A stretch of DNA of 58,173 bases from Candidatus Bathyarchaeota archaeon (GCA_009889605.1 WUQU01000530.1:1-58173), one strand, 5' to 3'. Shown: positions 1-9,557, counted from the stretch's first letter. Program-made: numbers and translations. The notes: generated from the sequence alone by a model not told the origin.

Positions 1-1
1 C

Positions 2-205
2 GACGCTTTAGTGGAAGTTGAAGAGAAAAATCTTCGTCGGCTAGATCAAGAGCTTTCTGAATACGTAAAAAGTCAAAGTTATGAATTTTCAGATGAAAAA
101 CGAAAGCCTCTAGAAAACGCACTATTAAAAAGTGCCCAAAAAATAGTGGGCAGACGGGGAATAGGCCATTCCCGCGTGCTTAAAGGGATAACTGCCAGAG
201 ACTGA
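2..205 (+). CDS. 3' end of an unidentified ORF entering from the left window edge
   Basis: Frame is open from nt 2 with no upstream stop, and ends at TGA 203-205. No recognisable motif. Confidence 0.25.
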   Translation, partial: DALVEVEEKNLRRLDQELSEYVKSQSYEFSDEKRKPLENALLKSAQKIVGRRGIGHSRVLKGITARD

Positions 206-336
206 AAGGTGATATTTTTATTGAATCCTACGCTATCATATACTTCATAGTGAGTTGTAAGCGGAAATTATAAATTGGTAATGTAATAATACATGGTAAC
301 CGCCTTACAATTTACTATTCCTTGTGTAAGTGGAGT

Positions 337-1077
337 ATGGTTATGAGCACACACGCAGAAGAGATGAAAATTCGCCTAATGACCATTGAACTTCTCAGAA
401 CTGCAAAGTATAAACGTAACATTACATATCGCGAATTGTCTTCTAAGACGGGTTTGCCCGTTACCGTTTTGAGCAGATATGCGAAAGGACATGTTTTGCC
501 CAATGCGGAAAGGGCTAGACAGCTTTGGAAAGTTTTAACAAAGTTTGTTGGTTTAGAGAACGAGCTTCGCAGTAGAATAAAGTTTAATGAAGACGGTTAT
601 TTCGACAACACTGAGATAATAGGGGATTTTAACATTCTCCAGCAAGCAGCCAACCACGCGCTTGCAAACTTTGCCGGAAAACGAGTTACGAAAGTTTTTA
701 CAGCTGCTGTGGATGGAATCCCCTTAGCCACTATGGTGGCAAACGCCCTTGGAGTCAACCTTGTAATAGCCAAAAGAAACAAAGAAGTTGGAGTCAAAGA
801 GTTCCTTGAAGAGACTTACGCGCTTAAAGATTCTGGAGTCACCATGACCCTTTATGTGCCCAAAGACTCTATCAAAAAAAGGGACAGCGTTCTAATAGTG
901 GATGATATGATTAAAACTGGGGAAACTCAAGCAGCCCTTGTAAATCTGGCACGCAAAGCGAAAGCTGAAATTTCAGGAGTTTTTTTCCTAATAGCTGTCG
1001 GAGACGAATGGAAAGCAAAAATGAAACTGCCTGAAGGATGCCCAGTTGAAGTGATAACCTACATCAAAAAAGCCTAA
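337..1077 (+). CDS. HTH plus phosphoribosyltransferase-domain regulator (PurR/GfcR-like)
   Basis: N-terminal HTH-like segment ITYRELSSKTGLPVTVLSRYAKG, followed by a type-I PRTase fold with PRPP loop VLIVDDMIKTGET. ATG 337 preferred over TTG 322. Confidence 0.7.
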   Translation: MVMSTHAEEMKIRLMTIELLRTAKYKRNITYRELSSKTGLPVTVLSRYAKGHVLPNAERARQLWKVLTKFVGLENELRSRIKFNEDGYFDNTEIIGDFNILQQAANHALANFAGKRVTKVFTAAVDGIPLATMVANALGVNLVIAKRNKEVGVKEFLEETYALKDSGVTMTLYVPKDSIKKRDSVLIVDDMIKTGETQAALVNLARKAKAEISGVFFLIAVGDEWKAKMKLPEGCPVEVITYIKKA

Positions 1078-1812
1078 AACGTGTGCAGTTGCCTCTAACA
1101 GGGCAAGAAGCGCATTTCCGTTTCCTACAGAAATCCTTACCTAACCGAAGCAAGGCAGATTCAAAATTTACAAAAGATTTATCGGCGATTTCATTTTTAG
1201 CCCAAAAACTCTCGAGACGTTGCAGTGCTTCCTGAGGTTTTTCATCTTTCAATATTCCAAGATTTGGGGCTACGAGAACAACAAGGCTTGTAGGCTTCGG
1301 TTTAGCTTTTTCCCAAACCCCACGAAGCTCCCTTAAGAAGATGTTGACAGTTACATCGCCTATGTCCTTTTTCAAGAGCTTTCAGCTCCGCTTCCAAAGC
1401 CTGGGGGCTTGAGGCTTTTTTCATGAATTTTCGCCAGTTTCCCATCATACTTTTCCACAAGATTCCGCATAACAATCAAAAGTTTATCAGCTGTTTTGAA
1501 ATCGTAGCGAGTATAACCGCCCTCGTCTAGAATCCTCACAAGCCCATCCCATCCAGTTTCAAGGATTCTTTCAGGAGTTAAAACACTGTATTTCTGGAAG
1601 CACTTGTAAGTTTTAACGGCCGCCGCCTCTGTTATAGGCGCCCCGAAAAGTATAGACGCTAAAAACCATTTGAAAATCTCCTCTTCCCTTCCGCTTTTCA
1701 GGTCTATGCCTAAAGTTTCAGAGTATTTCACACCAAAATTTTCCACTAAAAACTCTAGGCTTTCCCGCCTCATTTCGGCGCCATCTCCATTTAACAAATT
1801 TATACTGCGCAA
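1064..1812 (-). pseudogene. HhH / Fe-S-cluster-loop DNA glycosylase-like protein (EndoIII superfamily), reading frame interrupted
   Basis: Two abutting ORFs (1372-1812 and 1064-1375). The second carries an HhH-like DIGDVTVNIFLREL and a C-terminal 4-Cys loop CRKRKCASCPVRGNC. The junction lies at T/A homopolymers 1368-1372 and 1416-1421. Probable ATG at 1773. Confidence 0.5.
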
Positions 1813-1840
1813 GCATAAAACGGTTAGGTGAGGCCAATTT

Positions 1841-2863
1841 ATGCGGACAATAGAGTGGCGTAGCGGAAAAGTGGTAACAATAAACCAGCTGAAGCTTCCA
1901 ATGGAAACAGAGTTCTTGGAGATGCAAAGCTACAGCGAGGTGGCTGAAGCCATAAAAACCATGAAGATAAGGGGTGCGCCTTTACTGGGCGCCGCTGCAG
2001 CCTACGCGCTTGCTTTAGTGGCTTACCATTCAAAAGCAAAAACACGAAACAAGTTGATAGGCGAGTTAGAAAGAGCTGCGGAAACGTTGAAAAGGACTAG
2101 GCCTACGGCGGTGAACCTCTTCTGGGCTGTGGACCGCGTCCTAAACAAGGCGCGAAGCCTCAACGGAAGCCCAAGAGAGTTAGCTGAAGCAGTGGTTATG
2201 GAGGCGGAAAAAATAGCCGAAGAGGATGCAGCTGCAAACCGTTTGATAGGAAAGCATGGAGCAGCCCTCATAGAAGACGGAGACACGGTGCTAACTCACT
2301 GCAACGCAGGAGCCTTGGCAACTGTGGAATATGGCACAGCTTTAGGCGTCATAAGAGCAGCGGTGGAACAGGGCAAAAAAGTTAGGGTTATAGCCACTGA
2401 AACAAGGCCCAAACTGCAAGGCGCACGGCTGACAGCCTATGAGCTTAAACGCGACGGGATACCCGTCAAGCTGATAGCGGACACTATGGTTGGTTATGTC
2501 ATGTATAAGCGTATGGTTAATAGGGTTGTTGTGGGAGCTGACAGAATCGTGCAGGACGCGGTTATCAACAAGATAGGCACGTATCAGATAGCGATTTTAG
2601 CTAAAGAGCACGGTATTCCGTTTTATGTTGTTGCGCCCAAGTCAACCTTTGACCTTGGCCATAAGGCTGCGGAAATAGTTATAGAGGAGAGAAGCCCCGA
2701 AGAAGTCACGTTTATAGGCTCAGAGCGTATAGCTCCAGAAGGCGTAGAAGCATTAAACCCAGCTTTTGACATAACCCCGTTAAAATATGTGACGGCCATA
2801 ATCTGCGAAGAAGGCGTCATATATAAGGGGGATTTGCAAAGTTTAAAGCCGACAAAACAGTAG
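1841..2863 (+). CDS. mtnA: Methylthioribose-1-phosphate isomerase family (eIF-2B alpha/beta/delta-like)
   Basis: IEWRSGKVVTINQLKLP...MKIRGAPLLGAAAAYALAL N-terminal signature; full length 340 aa. Confidence 0.85.
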   Translation: MRTIEWRSGKVVTINQLKLPMETEFLEMQSYSEVAEAIKTMKIRGAPLLGAAAAYALALVAYHSKAKTRNKLIGELERAAETLKRTRPTAVNLFWAVDRVLNKARSLNGSPRELAEAVVMEAEKIAEEDAAANRLIGKHGAALIEDGDTVLTHCNAGALATVEYGTALGVIRAAVEQGKKVRVIATETRPKLQGARLTAYELKRDGIPVKLIADTMVGYVMYKRMVNRVVVGADRIVQDAVINKIGTYQIAILAKEHGIPFYVVAPKSTFDLGHKAAEIVIEERSPEEVTFIGSERIAPEGVEALNPAFDITPLKYVTAIICEEGVIYKGDLQSLKPTKQ

Positions 2864-2886
2864 AAGGCTAGCTGAGAGGCGCTTAA

Positions 2887-3444
2887 ATGAGTAAAAACAA
2901 GGAAAAGGCGCAGCTGCGTCAAGAAACAAAAATTGAGGGTTCGCTTACAGAAAATGGAGTGAAGATTTTAAAGAAACAAGGCGTAGAGGAGCTTAAGGCT
3001 AAGGGGTATGGCACAGAAGAGGACGACGCTTTAATTCTGAACTTTTACGAAGCTTTGTATTTGGTTGATAAAGGCTTATTGGAAGTGAGAGACGAGAAAG
3101 GGGCCGCGATGGCTTTTGACGTGCTTTTACAGGTTGCAGAGAAAACCGACGAGAACGCTTGGGCGAAATATCTGGTTTACAGGGATTTGAGAACCCGTGG
3201 ATACGTGGTTCGTGAAGGCTTCGGCTTAGGCATAGACTTCAGAGCCTACGAGAGAGGCGAATACGGCAAAGACACGGCAAAATACTTGATTCTAAGCCTT
3301 CAAGAGGGGAAGCCTCTGACTTTGGAAGCCTTAACCCAGACGCTGAAGCAATGTCAAAGCCTAAAAAAGGAGTTGATTTTGGCGGTTATGAGCCGCCGGG
3401 GAGAAATAGTTTACTATTCAGTTTCCCAATTAACCCTAAAATAA
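2887..3444 (+). CDS. endA: tRNA-splicing endonuclease subunit (EndA family), catalytic His apparently missing
   Basis: YLVYRDLRTRGYVVREGFGLGIDFRAYERG...LKKELILAV...GEIVYY closely parallels the M. jannaschii-type EndA core. Tyr and Lys of the triad are present, but the His position reads T/A. Confidence 0.8.
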   Translation: MSKNKEKAQLRQETKIEGSLTENGVKILKKQGVEELKAKGYGTEEDDALILNFYEALYLVDKGLLEVRDEKGAAMAFDVLLQVAEKTDENAWAKYLVYRDLRTRGYVVREGFGLGIDFRAYERGEYGKDTAKYLILSLQEGKPLTLEALTQTLKQCQSLKKELILAVMSRRGEIVYYSVSQLTLK

Positions 3445-3458
3445 GGGAGGACTGAGCC

Positions 3459-4748
3459 GTGAAAGCTTTCAAAATTGTTCGGGGAATGAGGGATTTTCTT
3501 CCAGAAGAAGCTCAAATGTTGAGGCTGATTGAAGGCAAAGCTAGAAACGTGGCTAAGCTTTACGGTTATGAAGAGATAATAACCCCCGTTGTTGAGTCCT
3601 ACGAGCTTTTGGCTGCAAAATCTGGGGAAGAAGTGCGTTCAAGGATGTTTGCTTTCAAGGATTTAGGCGGAAGAAAGGTTGCTTTAAGGCCGGAGTTTAC
3701 GGCTTCTGTGGCGAGGCTTGTGGCAACCACCTTGCGGAACGCGCCTAAACCCTTGCGGTTACTGTGCATCGGAAGCCTATACAGGTATGATGAGCCGCAG
3801 AAAGGCCGTTTCAGAGAGTTTTGGCAGTCAAACTTTGAACTCATAGGCCCTGAAAAACCAGAAGCGGACGCGGAAATACTGCTTTTAACCAACAACCTCA
3901 TGAAGTCTGTTGGGCTGAGAAACTATGCTTTCAAAGTTGGGCATATAGGGGTTTTGAGGGGAATTTTAGGCCGTGAAGGCTTGGCGGAAGACGTTCAGAA
4001 CAGGGCTTTGCAGCTTATGGATAAAAAACAGTATGAAGACGCCTTAAGCCTAGTTAAGGATGCTGGCGCCTCAGAGAAATGCCTAACGCTTTTGCAGAAA
4101 ATGGTGAACATTAGAGGCTGCAACCTTTCCAGTGTTTTAGGCGAGATGAAAAGGCTTGTGGAAGATTACAGTGGGGCTTCTGCGGCTGTTGAGAACCTTG
4201 CCGAAATCGTAGAGCTTGTTTCAAAGGCTTGCAATCTGGACGTTATGGTGGACGCCGGCTTCGCACGGGGACTTGAATATTATACGGGGATGATTTTTGA
4301 GGTTTACGTTCCAGAGTTGGACATAGCCTTGGCTGGCGGCGGAAGATATGATAGGCTTGTGGAGTTGTTTGGAGGCGAACCCACTCCGGCAGTTGGCGTT
4401 GCCCATGGATTGGACAGGATAATGCTTGCCCTTCAGGAACAAAAGGCGCTTGTGAAGCCTTATGGGGATAAAAGGGTTGTGGTTGTTTCTGTTAGCGAAG
4501 CCTTAAGCACTGAGGCCTTGAGGGTTTCGGAGACTCTGAGGGCGGAGGGCATACCGGTTGAGGTTGAGGTTATGGGGAGAAAGGTTGCCAAGGCTTTGGA
4601 GACCGCCAACAGAAAGGGCATAGCCTACGTGGTTTTGGTTGGGGAGAGGGAGCTGAAAGAGGGAGCGGTTACCCTTAGAGATATGGAGAGAAAAGAGCAG
4701 CGCACCTTGAAAATTGAGGAGTTAGCAAAAGCGATTAGAACTGGCTGA
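3459..4748 (+). CDS. hisS: Histidine--tRNA ligase
   Basis: Class II motifs VRGMRDFLPEE, LRPEFTASVAR, YRYDEPQKGRFREFWQ, GGGRYD. GTG start after a GGGAGG SD. Confidence 0.95.
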   Translation: MKAFKIVRGMRDFLPEEAQMLRLIEGKARNVAKLYGYEEIITPVVESYELLAAKSGEEVRSRMFAFKDLGGRKVALRPEFTASVARLVATTLRNAPKPLRLLCIGSLYRYDEPQKGRFREFWQSNFELIGPEKPEADAEILLLTNNLMKSVGLRNYAFKVGHIGVLRGILGREGLAEDVQNRALQLMDKKQYEDALSLVKDAGASEKCLTLLQKMVNIRGCNLSSVLGEMKRLVEDYSGASAAVENLAEIVELVSKACNLDVMVDAGFARGLEYYTGMIFEVYVPELDIALAGGGRYDRLVELFGGEPTPAVGVAHGLDRIMLALQEQKALVKPYGDKRVVVVSVSEALSTEALRVSETLRAEGIPVEVEVMGRKVAKALETANRKGIAYVVLVGERELKEGAVTLRDMERKEQRTLKIEELAKAIRTG

Positions 4749-4749
4749 A

Positions 4750-5238
4750 TTAAGCCTTTAGGGCTTCTTTTTCTCTTCTTAGAAAATATCCAATGTCCAG
4801 AATGTTTTCCACGGCCACTCCCCGCTTGGATTTATCTAGGTTTTGCTTGATTTTGCCGAAGCCTAGGCATTCGCCATGCTTGTTAAAAATTAAAGTGTAG
4901 CTGCCTTTTTCCCTTGAACCTTCAATGTGCACGATGCCCTGTTTGAACAGGTCTCTTCCGCATATAAAAAGCCAGGCAGCTTTATCGTCAACGACTATTT
5001 GGTTTTTGGCTTTTTTAGCAATCAAGGAAAGTAGGGGAAAACTTGGGAGGAACTTTCCGCGTTCCAGTTTTCCGAGGGGGAGACCGGCATAATAATACTG
5101 CCTATTCTTTTCAACTAGGGTTTTCAGGTTTGGGGGTATGTAGAAAAACTTGTTGCCTTTCTTCGCCACAAATTTCCAGTCTAGGTTTATTTTGGCGGCG
5201 TCGAAAAGTTTTATGAAATTTTTTATTTGCTCCGCCAT
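4750..5238 (-). CDS. NIP7-like pre-PUA/PUA ribosome-biogenesis protein
   Basis: 162 aa with C-terminal PUA-like ...VENILDIGYFLRRE. Lies immediately downstream of a NOP2/Sun methyltransferase, the usual archaeal pairing. Confidence 0.6.
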   Translation of the reverse strand: MAEQIKNFIKLFDAAKINLDWKFVAKKGNKFFYIPPNLKTLVEKNRQYYYAGLPLGKLERGKFLPSFPLLSLIAKKAKNQIVVDDKAAWLFICGRDLFKQGIVHIEGSREKGSYTLIFNKHGECLGFGKIKQNLDKSKRGVAVENILDIGYFLRREKEALKA

Positions 5239-5243
5239 TTTCC

Positions 5244-6122
5244 TTACCCCTTAGTAAGTTTGCATACGAAGAAGCCTTGGGTTTCTCCGGGCCAGATCCG
5301 TCGGCAATACTTTATGGAATTGTCGAGTTGTTTTCCGAAAATTTTTGTGGGGGCTTCTTCTCCGTGGCATTTTACTTCTGCAACTTTAAGCTTTAAGTTT
5401 TTGACGGCCCAGTCTATGTTGAACTCGTTTTCTTCTGGTTCTAAGGAGCAGGTGGCGTAAACAAGTTCGCCGTCGTCAGCGAGGATTTTTGCGGTTTCGG
5501 CGAGGATTTCTCTTTGCAGTTTTGCGTTTCGTTCCACATCGGCTATTGTTCGCTGTTTGAACCATTGTTTGTCTGTGGCAAAGTTGCCGCTGCATGGAAC
5601 ATCGAGCAGTATCCGGTCAAATTTTAGGCCGAGTTTTGAGGCTTGTCTGGCGTCCAGCGGGTAGACTATGGTGTTTTTGATTTTGCAGCGTTCCAACTGG
5701 TTTGCTAAGGCGTTGAGTCTCCGCCTTTTGACGTCTAAGGCTATGATGGCGCCTGTATTCTCCATTAAGTCGGCTAATTGGGTGGTTTTGCCGCCTGGAG
5801 CTGCGCACGCGTCTAAAACAGTTTTTTCCTTTAAGTCTGTGAATAGGGTTGCGGGGATTTGGGCGGCTGCCTCTTGGATTGAATAATAGCCTAAAAGGTA
5901 TTCGATGGTTGCTCCGGCTGAGAATTTTTGCGCTGTTATCCAGTAGCCGTTTTTGAGGAATGGAACTTTCTCAAGCCTAAAGCCTAAACCTTCAAGCCTT
6001 TCAATAAGATTGAAGCCCTTAACGTTTACAGCGTTTATCCGTATAGCCTGTTTAGGCGTGGTTTCTTTGAATTCCCAGCCGAGCATGCGGTAGCGACGTG
6101 TGAAAAATTCTTTACTGGACAT
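5244..6122 (-). CDS. NOL1/NOP2/Sun family RNA cytosine-C5 methyltransferase
   Basis: SAM motif DACAAPGGKTTQLADLM and catalytic motifs LDVPCSGNF and ATCSLEPEENE. ATG 6122 preferred over the longer ORF start at 6170. Confidence 0.9.
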   Translation of the reverse strand: MSSKEFFTRRYRMLGWEFKETTPKQAIRINAVNVKGFNLIERLEGLGFRLEKVPFLKNGYWITAQKFSAGATIEYLLGYYSIQEAAAQIPATLFTDLKEKTVLDACAAPGGKTTQLADLMENTGAIIALDVKRRRLNALANQLERCKIKNTIVYPLDARQASKLGLKFDRILLDVPCSGNFATDKQWFKQRTIADVERNAKLQREILAETAKILADDGELVYATCSLEPEENEFNIDWAVKNLKLKVAEVKCHGEEAPTKIFGKQLDNSIKYCRRIWPGETQGFFVCKLTKG

Positions 6123-6196
6123 CAATGATAAAGAAGGGTTGGAAACAATAAAAGCTTGGTGTAGGAACAAGTGGGTGATTGGAGAGGCGTGAGGTT

Positions 6197-6619
6197 ATGA
6201 AGTTTAAGGCGAAGGCGTTTATTTCCGGACCCATTCAAGGAATGGAGACAAGACAAGCGTATAGAGAAAGGATAAGCGAGATTTGCATTCGCTGTGGATA
6301 CGAGCCAGTGGACCCGTGGAAACGGGAAAAAATACTTTACAAAGGAACGGAAAACGACTGGTGGAAGAAAGTTCCCGTGGACGGTTTTATTAAACGGGAT
6401 TTAGAAGACATTGAAAAATGCAGTGTTCTAATTGCGTATATGCCTAAGCTTTCGGCTGGAACATGCATGGAGCTTTTCTACGCTAAGCTAAAGGGGAAAA
6501 AGACCATATGCATATGCGGCCTCAAAAACCCAAGCCCATGGATAACAGCCCACTCAGACATACTCATAAAGAAAATAAAAGAATTGGAAAACGCATTAAA
6601 GGCAACAAACATTTGTTAA
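6197..6619 (+). CDS. Nucleoside 2-deoxyribosyltransferase-like fold protein
   Basis: KAFISGPIQG... and ...AYMPKLSAGTCMELFYAKLKGKK resemble the NDT-like Rossmann family. ATG 6197 follows GAGG. Confidence 0.45.
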   Translation: MKFKAKAFISGPIQGMETRQAYRERISEICIRCGYEPVDPWKREKILYKGTENDWWKKVPVDGFIKRDLEDIEKCSVLIAYMPKLSAGTCMELFYAKLKGKKTICICGLKNPSPWITAHSDILIKKIKELENALKATNIC

Positions 6620-6624
6620 CGAAC

Positions 6625-7527
6625 TTAGGAGAGCTTAACTTTTAACGCTGCTCTTACTCTTGCGGATCTTGACCTAGGGTTTTTTGTAACCTCCTCTTTA
6701 GAAGGCCGTAAGGGCTTTTTTGTTAAGATTTTTAAGATGCCTTCTTTGGCTTTGTTTCGCATGAAGTTTTTGACTATGCGGTCTTCTAGGGAGTGAAAGG
6801 CGATTACGACGAGTCTGCCTCCATTTTCCATTATGTCAACAGCTTGGGGTAAAGCCTTCTCTAAACTTTCTAGTTCGCTGTTCACGGCTATTCTTAGGGC
6901 TTGGAAGGTTTTTGTCGCGAAATGAATTCTTCTACGGTGATACCAGGCGGGTGTGGCTCTTTCAACCGCCATAACCAAGTCCACAGTAGTCTTCAAAGGC
7001 CTAAACCTTACAATTTCTTCGGCTATGCGTCTTGAAAACCGTTCCTCGCCGTAAACCCTCAAAACCCGCTCAATATCCTTTACGCTCCAATAGTTTAGTA
7101 TGGCCTCAGCGGTCAGCGTGTTCTGTTGCGGGTTATACCTCATGTCCAGCGGTTCATCCCTCAGAAAAGAGAATCCCCGGCGGCTTTCTTCCAAATGCCA
7201 ACTGGAAAAGCCTAAATCGAATAAGACGCCTGAAACCCGATTAAAGCCGTGCCTTTCAACTATCGCGTTTAGGTTTGCAAAATTGTCACAGACGAGGATT
7301 AAGCGCTCATCGTAGTCTGTGCCTTCAATTTTAAGCTTAAGCCTCTCCAAAAGCGTGGGGTCGCAGTCCACGCCTAAAACCTTTCCGCTGGGTTTGGTGC
7401 GTTCTAAAATGGCCATGGTGTGGCCGCCTTCGCCAATGGTGCAGTCCACAAAATTTTCACACGGCTTAGGGTTAAGATACTGAATAACTTCTTCCTTCAT
7501 AACTGGAAAGTGCAAACACGCCACCAC
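6625..7527 (-). CDS. rsmH: 16S rRNA m4C methyltransferase RsmH (MraW) family
   Basis: HFPVM..EV, DCTIGEGGHT, LFDLGFSSWHLEE, RGFSF, EPLDMRY and FHSLEDRIVK, all typical RsmH motifs. GTG start. Confidence 0.85.
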   Translation of the reverse strand: MVACLHFPVMKEEVIQYLNPKPCENFVDCTIGEGGHTMAILERTKPSGKVLGVDCDPTLLERLKLKIEGTDYDERLILVCDNFANLNAIVERHGFNRVSGVLFDLGFSSWHLEESRRGFSFLRDEPLDMRYNPQQNTLTAEAILNYWSVKDIERVLRVYGEERFSRRIAEEIVRFRPLKTTVDLVMAVERATPAWYHRRRIHFATKTFQALRIAVNSELESLEKALPQAVDIMENGGRLVVIAFHSLEDRIVKNFMRNKAKEGILKILTKKPLRPSKEEVTKNPRSRSARVRAALKVKLS

Positions 7528-7602
7528 ATTGCCATTCCAATAAATAAAGGCTTAAACCTTATAACCGAATCTAAAAGCGCTTTAACACAGCGAAATAGCC
7601 GG

Positions 7603-7944
7603 CTATGCTTGCGCTGGATTTTCAGCCATATGCCTTCCACGCCTAACCTTAGGCAATAGATAAGCGAGAATGAAGGCAACAGCCATTAAAACCGTCACTA
7701 AAGCTGTTATTATTGCAATAACTATGCTTCCAGTCAAAAAATAGCCGCAAACAATTATTCCAATAGCTCCAACAGCGGAAAACACTTCTAAAGCCTTCTT
7801 CAACCTGCAATCGCCGGCAACATGCACGGTGAGAAAACCCGAAACTCCAGCAAACACAAGCGCCACGCCCAGCGTGGCAGTAACAACATCTCCCGAATAA
7901 AACCCACTTAAAAACATGAGAAAACCTAAAAGACTCCAAACCAA
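7603..7944 (-). CDS. Small integral membrane protein, unknown function
   Basis: 113 aa with about 4 hydrophobic helices. Preferred over the overlapping alternative-frame ORF 7649-7954. Confidence 0.45.
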   Translation of the reverse strand: MVWSLLGFLMFLSGFYSGDVVTATLGVALVFAGVSGFLTVHVAGDCRLKKALEVFSAVGAIGIIVCGYFLTGSIVIAIITALVTVLMAVAFILAYLLPKVRRGRHMAENPAQA

Positions 7945-8251
7945 AGAAACTCAACGAGAAAGCTTAACCAAACACGACCACCAACCAACAAAAATCCTCA
8001 AACATCTTATAAGAATTACTCGCGTTAAAATTCACAAAGTACAAGTTTTAGCGCTCTCGATTCCTTAATTATTTCTAATCTAATTATTCCTTGTCTATTG
8101 CCAGAATAGCTTCCATGCAGACCTCATTTTTTCGTCCAACGTTGCTTCTGTTTAACTGTTAGGAACATACTTGCTAATGATAATTTTGCCAATTTTTCTA
8201 ATAATAAGTCCTTCTGAAACTTTAATTTAAAAAGAGGGGAGAATGGAGGTG

Positions 8252-9433
8252 TTAAGGCGAGGTTGCTGTAACCGTGTAGGAATGGAATCCTTCACCCATT
8301 AGTCTTATCGTGTATTCGTTGTCAATTATAGGAGTTACGGTAAACAGTGGATATTCGTTATGCTTCCAGCCGGTGTATAATGCAATAACGCCTGTAAAAT
8401 TCAACGTGACAGTTTCTCCAGGCTCTATGGTTACCGACGAAAACGGCTTGAAAAGTTTACCCTTCTCTGGGAAGTTTCCGCAAAGCGGAATCAGCGATGT
8501 ATCGTTCACTTTGAAAGGAATTGTCTGAGGGTAAACCCGTACCTTGCACTTATATTGCCAACCATGTCCAGAACCTCTGAAAAACCACTTCATTGTCGTG
8601 TTAAATTTGCCATGTAAAGTAAGCCCGAAAACTCTGAAGGTAATATCGCCTTCATTCTTCAATGTTACCGAAAGACTTGTAATGTTACCGTTCACTGTGA
8701 GTGAAGCTGAAACAATTGTAAGGTTTCTTGAAAAGTCCTCTGTTACACGCACAAGTCGCACCCTATTGTTTTCGCCTATCTGAATAATGGTTCCGACCTT
8801 GAGGTGGGCTGCAGTTAACTCATGTATGATAATAGCCTTTGCGCTTGGTACAAGCACATAATAGTACACTGTCGTGTCGTTTTCGCCTAATGCTTGTATC
8901 TGAACAAGTGTCGGGTTAAAGTCAATAAGCACTCCTAAAAGAGTTTGGTTAACTTTACCATTCAAGATCTTTACGACAAAGGTGTCAGACAGCGAAGTAA
9001 CATTATACGTTTGTTTGTTGATGACTGCTGTGACATTTTCAATAGTGAATTTAACTTTGTCCACTGTTGAATTTACCGGTATGGTTATGGTGGCAAGCGT
9101 CTGCGTCATGTTGACAAGCGAAAACAGGTTCACTGTACCTGAAGCACCAACTGAAACCCACTTGTCAGTGCCATTAGGATAAATAACGTGAAGCGAGACA
9201 TCTGTGTAAGTCAAATTGAGTTGAGTGGTTCCCGCAGGTACGGTGGGCGGATCAGTCAGCAAAACAGCAAGAGTGGCTGCCTCAACCTTTGGAAATGAAG
9301 GCGTATTAGTCATGCCGGACTTTTTAGACATATTAGGCATATTGGACAGATTTGCGAATAAAGATAAAGCAATGACAGCAATTGCAGCGATGATTGCAGC
9401 AGAACCGTACTTAAAAGTCCATTTTTGATACAT
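8252..9433 (-). CDS. Membrane-anchored extracellular protein, sequon-rich (DUF4382-like N-terminal region)
   Basis: N-terminal anchor GSAAIIAAIAVIALSLF, then LAVLLTDPPTVPAGTTQLNLTYTDVSLHV. About 16 N-x-S/T sequons by eye. Confidence 0.6.
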   Translation of the reverse strand: MYQKWTFKYGSAAIIAAIAVIALSLFANLSNMPNMSKKSGMTNTPSFPKVEAATLAVLLTDPPTVPAGTTQLNLTYTDVSLHVIYPNGTDKWVSVGASGTVNLFSLVNMTQTLATITIPVNSTVDKVKFTIENVTAVINKQTYNVTSLSDTFVVKILNGKVNQTLLGVLIDFNPTLVQIQALGENDTTVYYYVLVPSAKAIIIHELTAAHLKVGTIIQIGENNRVRLVRVTEDFSRNLTIVSASLTVNGNITSLSVTLKNEGDITFRVFGLTLHGKFNTTMKWFFRGSGHGWQYKCKVRVYPQTIPFKVNDTSLIPLCGNFPEKGKLFKPFSSVTIEPGETVTLNFTGVIALYTGWKHNEYPLFTVTPIIDNEYTIRLMGEGFHSYTVTATSP

Positions 9434-9557
9434 GTACCTTCCTTCGCATGAGAATAAAACAGCGGCAAATTAAAACCTACACATTTTAAAGCTTTTTAAA
9501 AATGTTTTAAGGAATGTTAAAAAGCCTTTAAACATAGAAAAATGCAAAAGCAGCTGG

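Noticed and set aside
7649-7954. 101-aa Cys/Arg-rich ORF overlapping the 113-aa membrane-protein ORF on the same strand
   Set aside because: The alternative frame has a clean multi-helix hydrophobic profile. This frame has implausible composition (many C, R and W).
8176-8217. Possible C/D-box sRNA (AATGATAA ... CTGA) in the 7945-8251 spacer
   Set aside because: The C box deviates from RUGAUGA. No convincing internal D'/C' boxes or terminal stem were found, and the spacing is only approximate.
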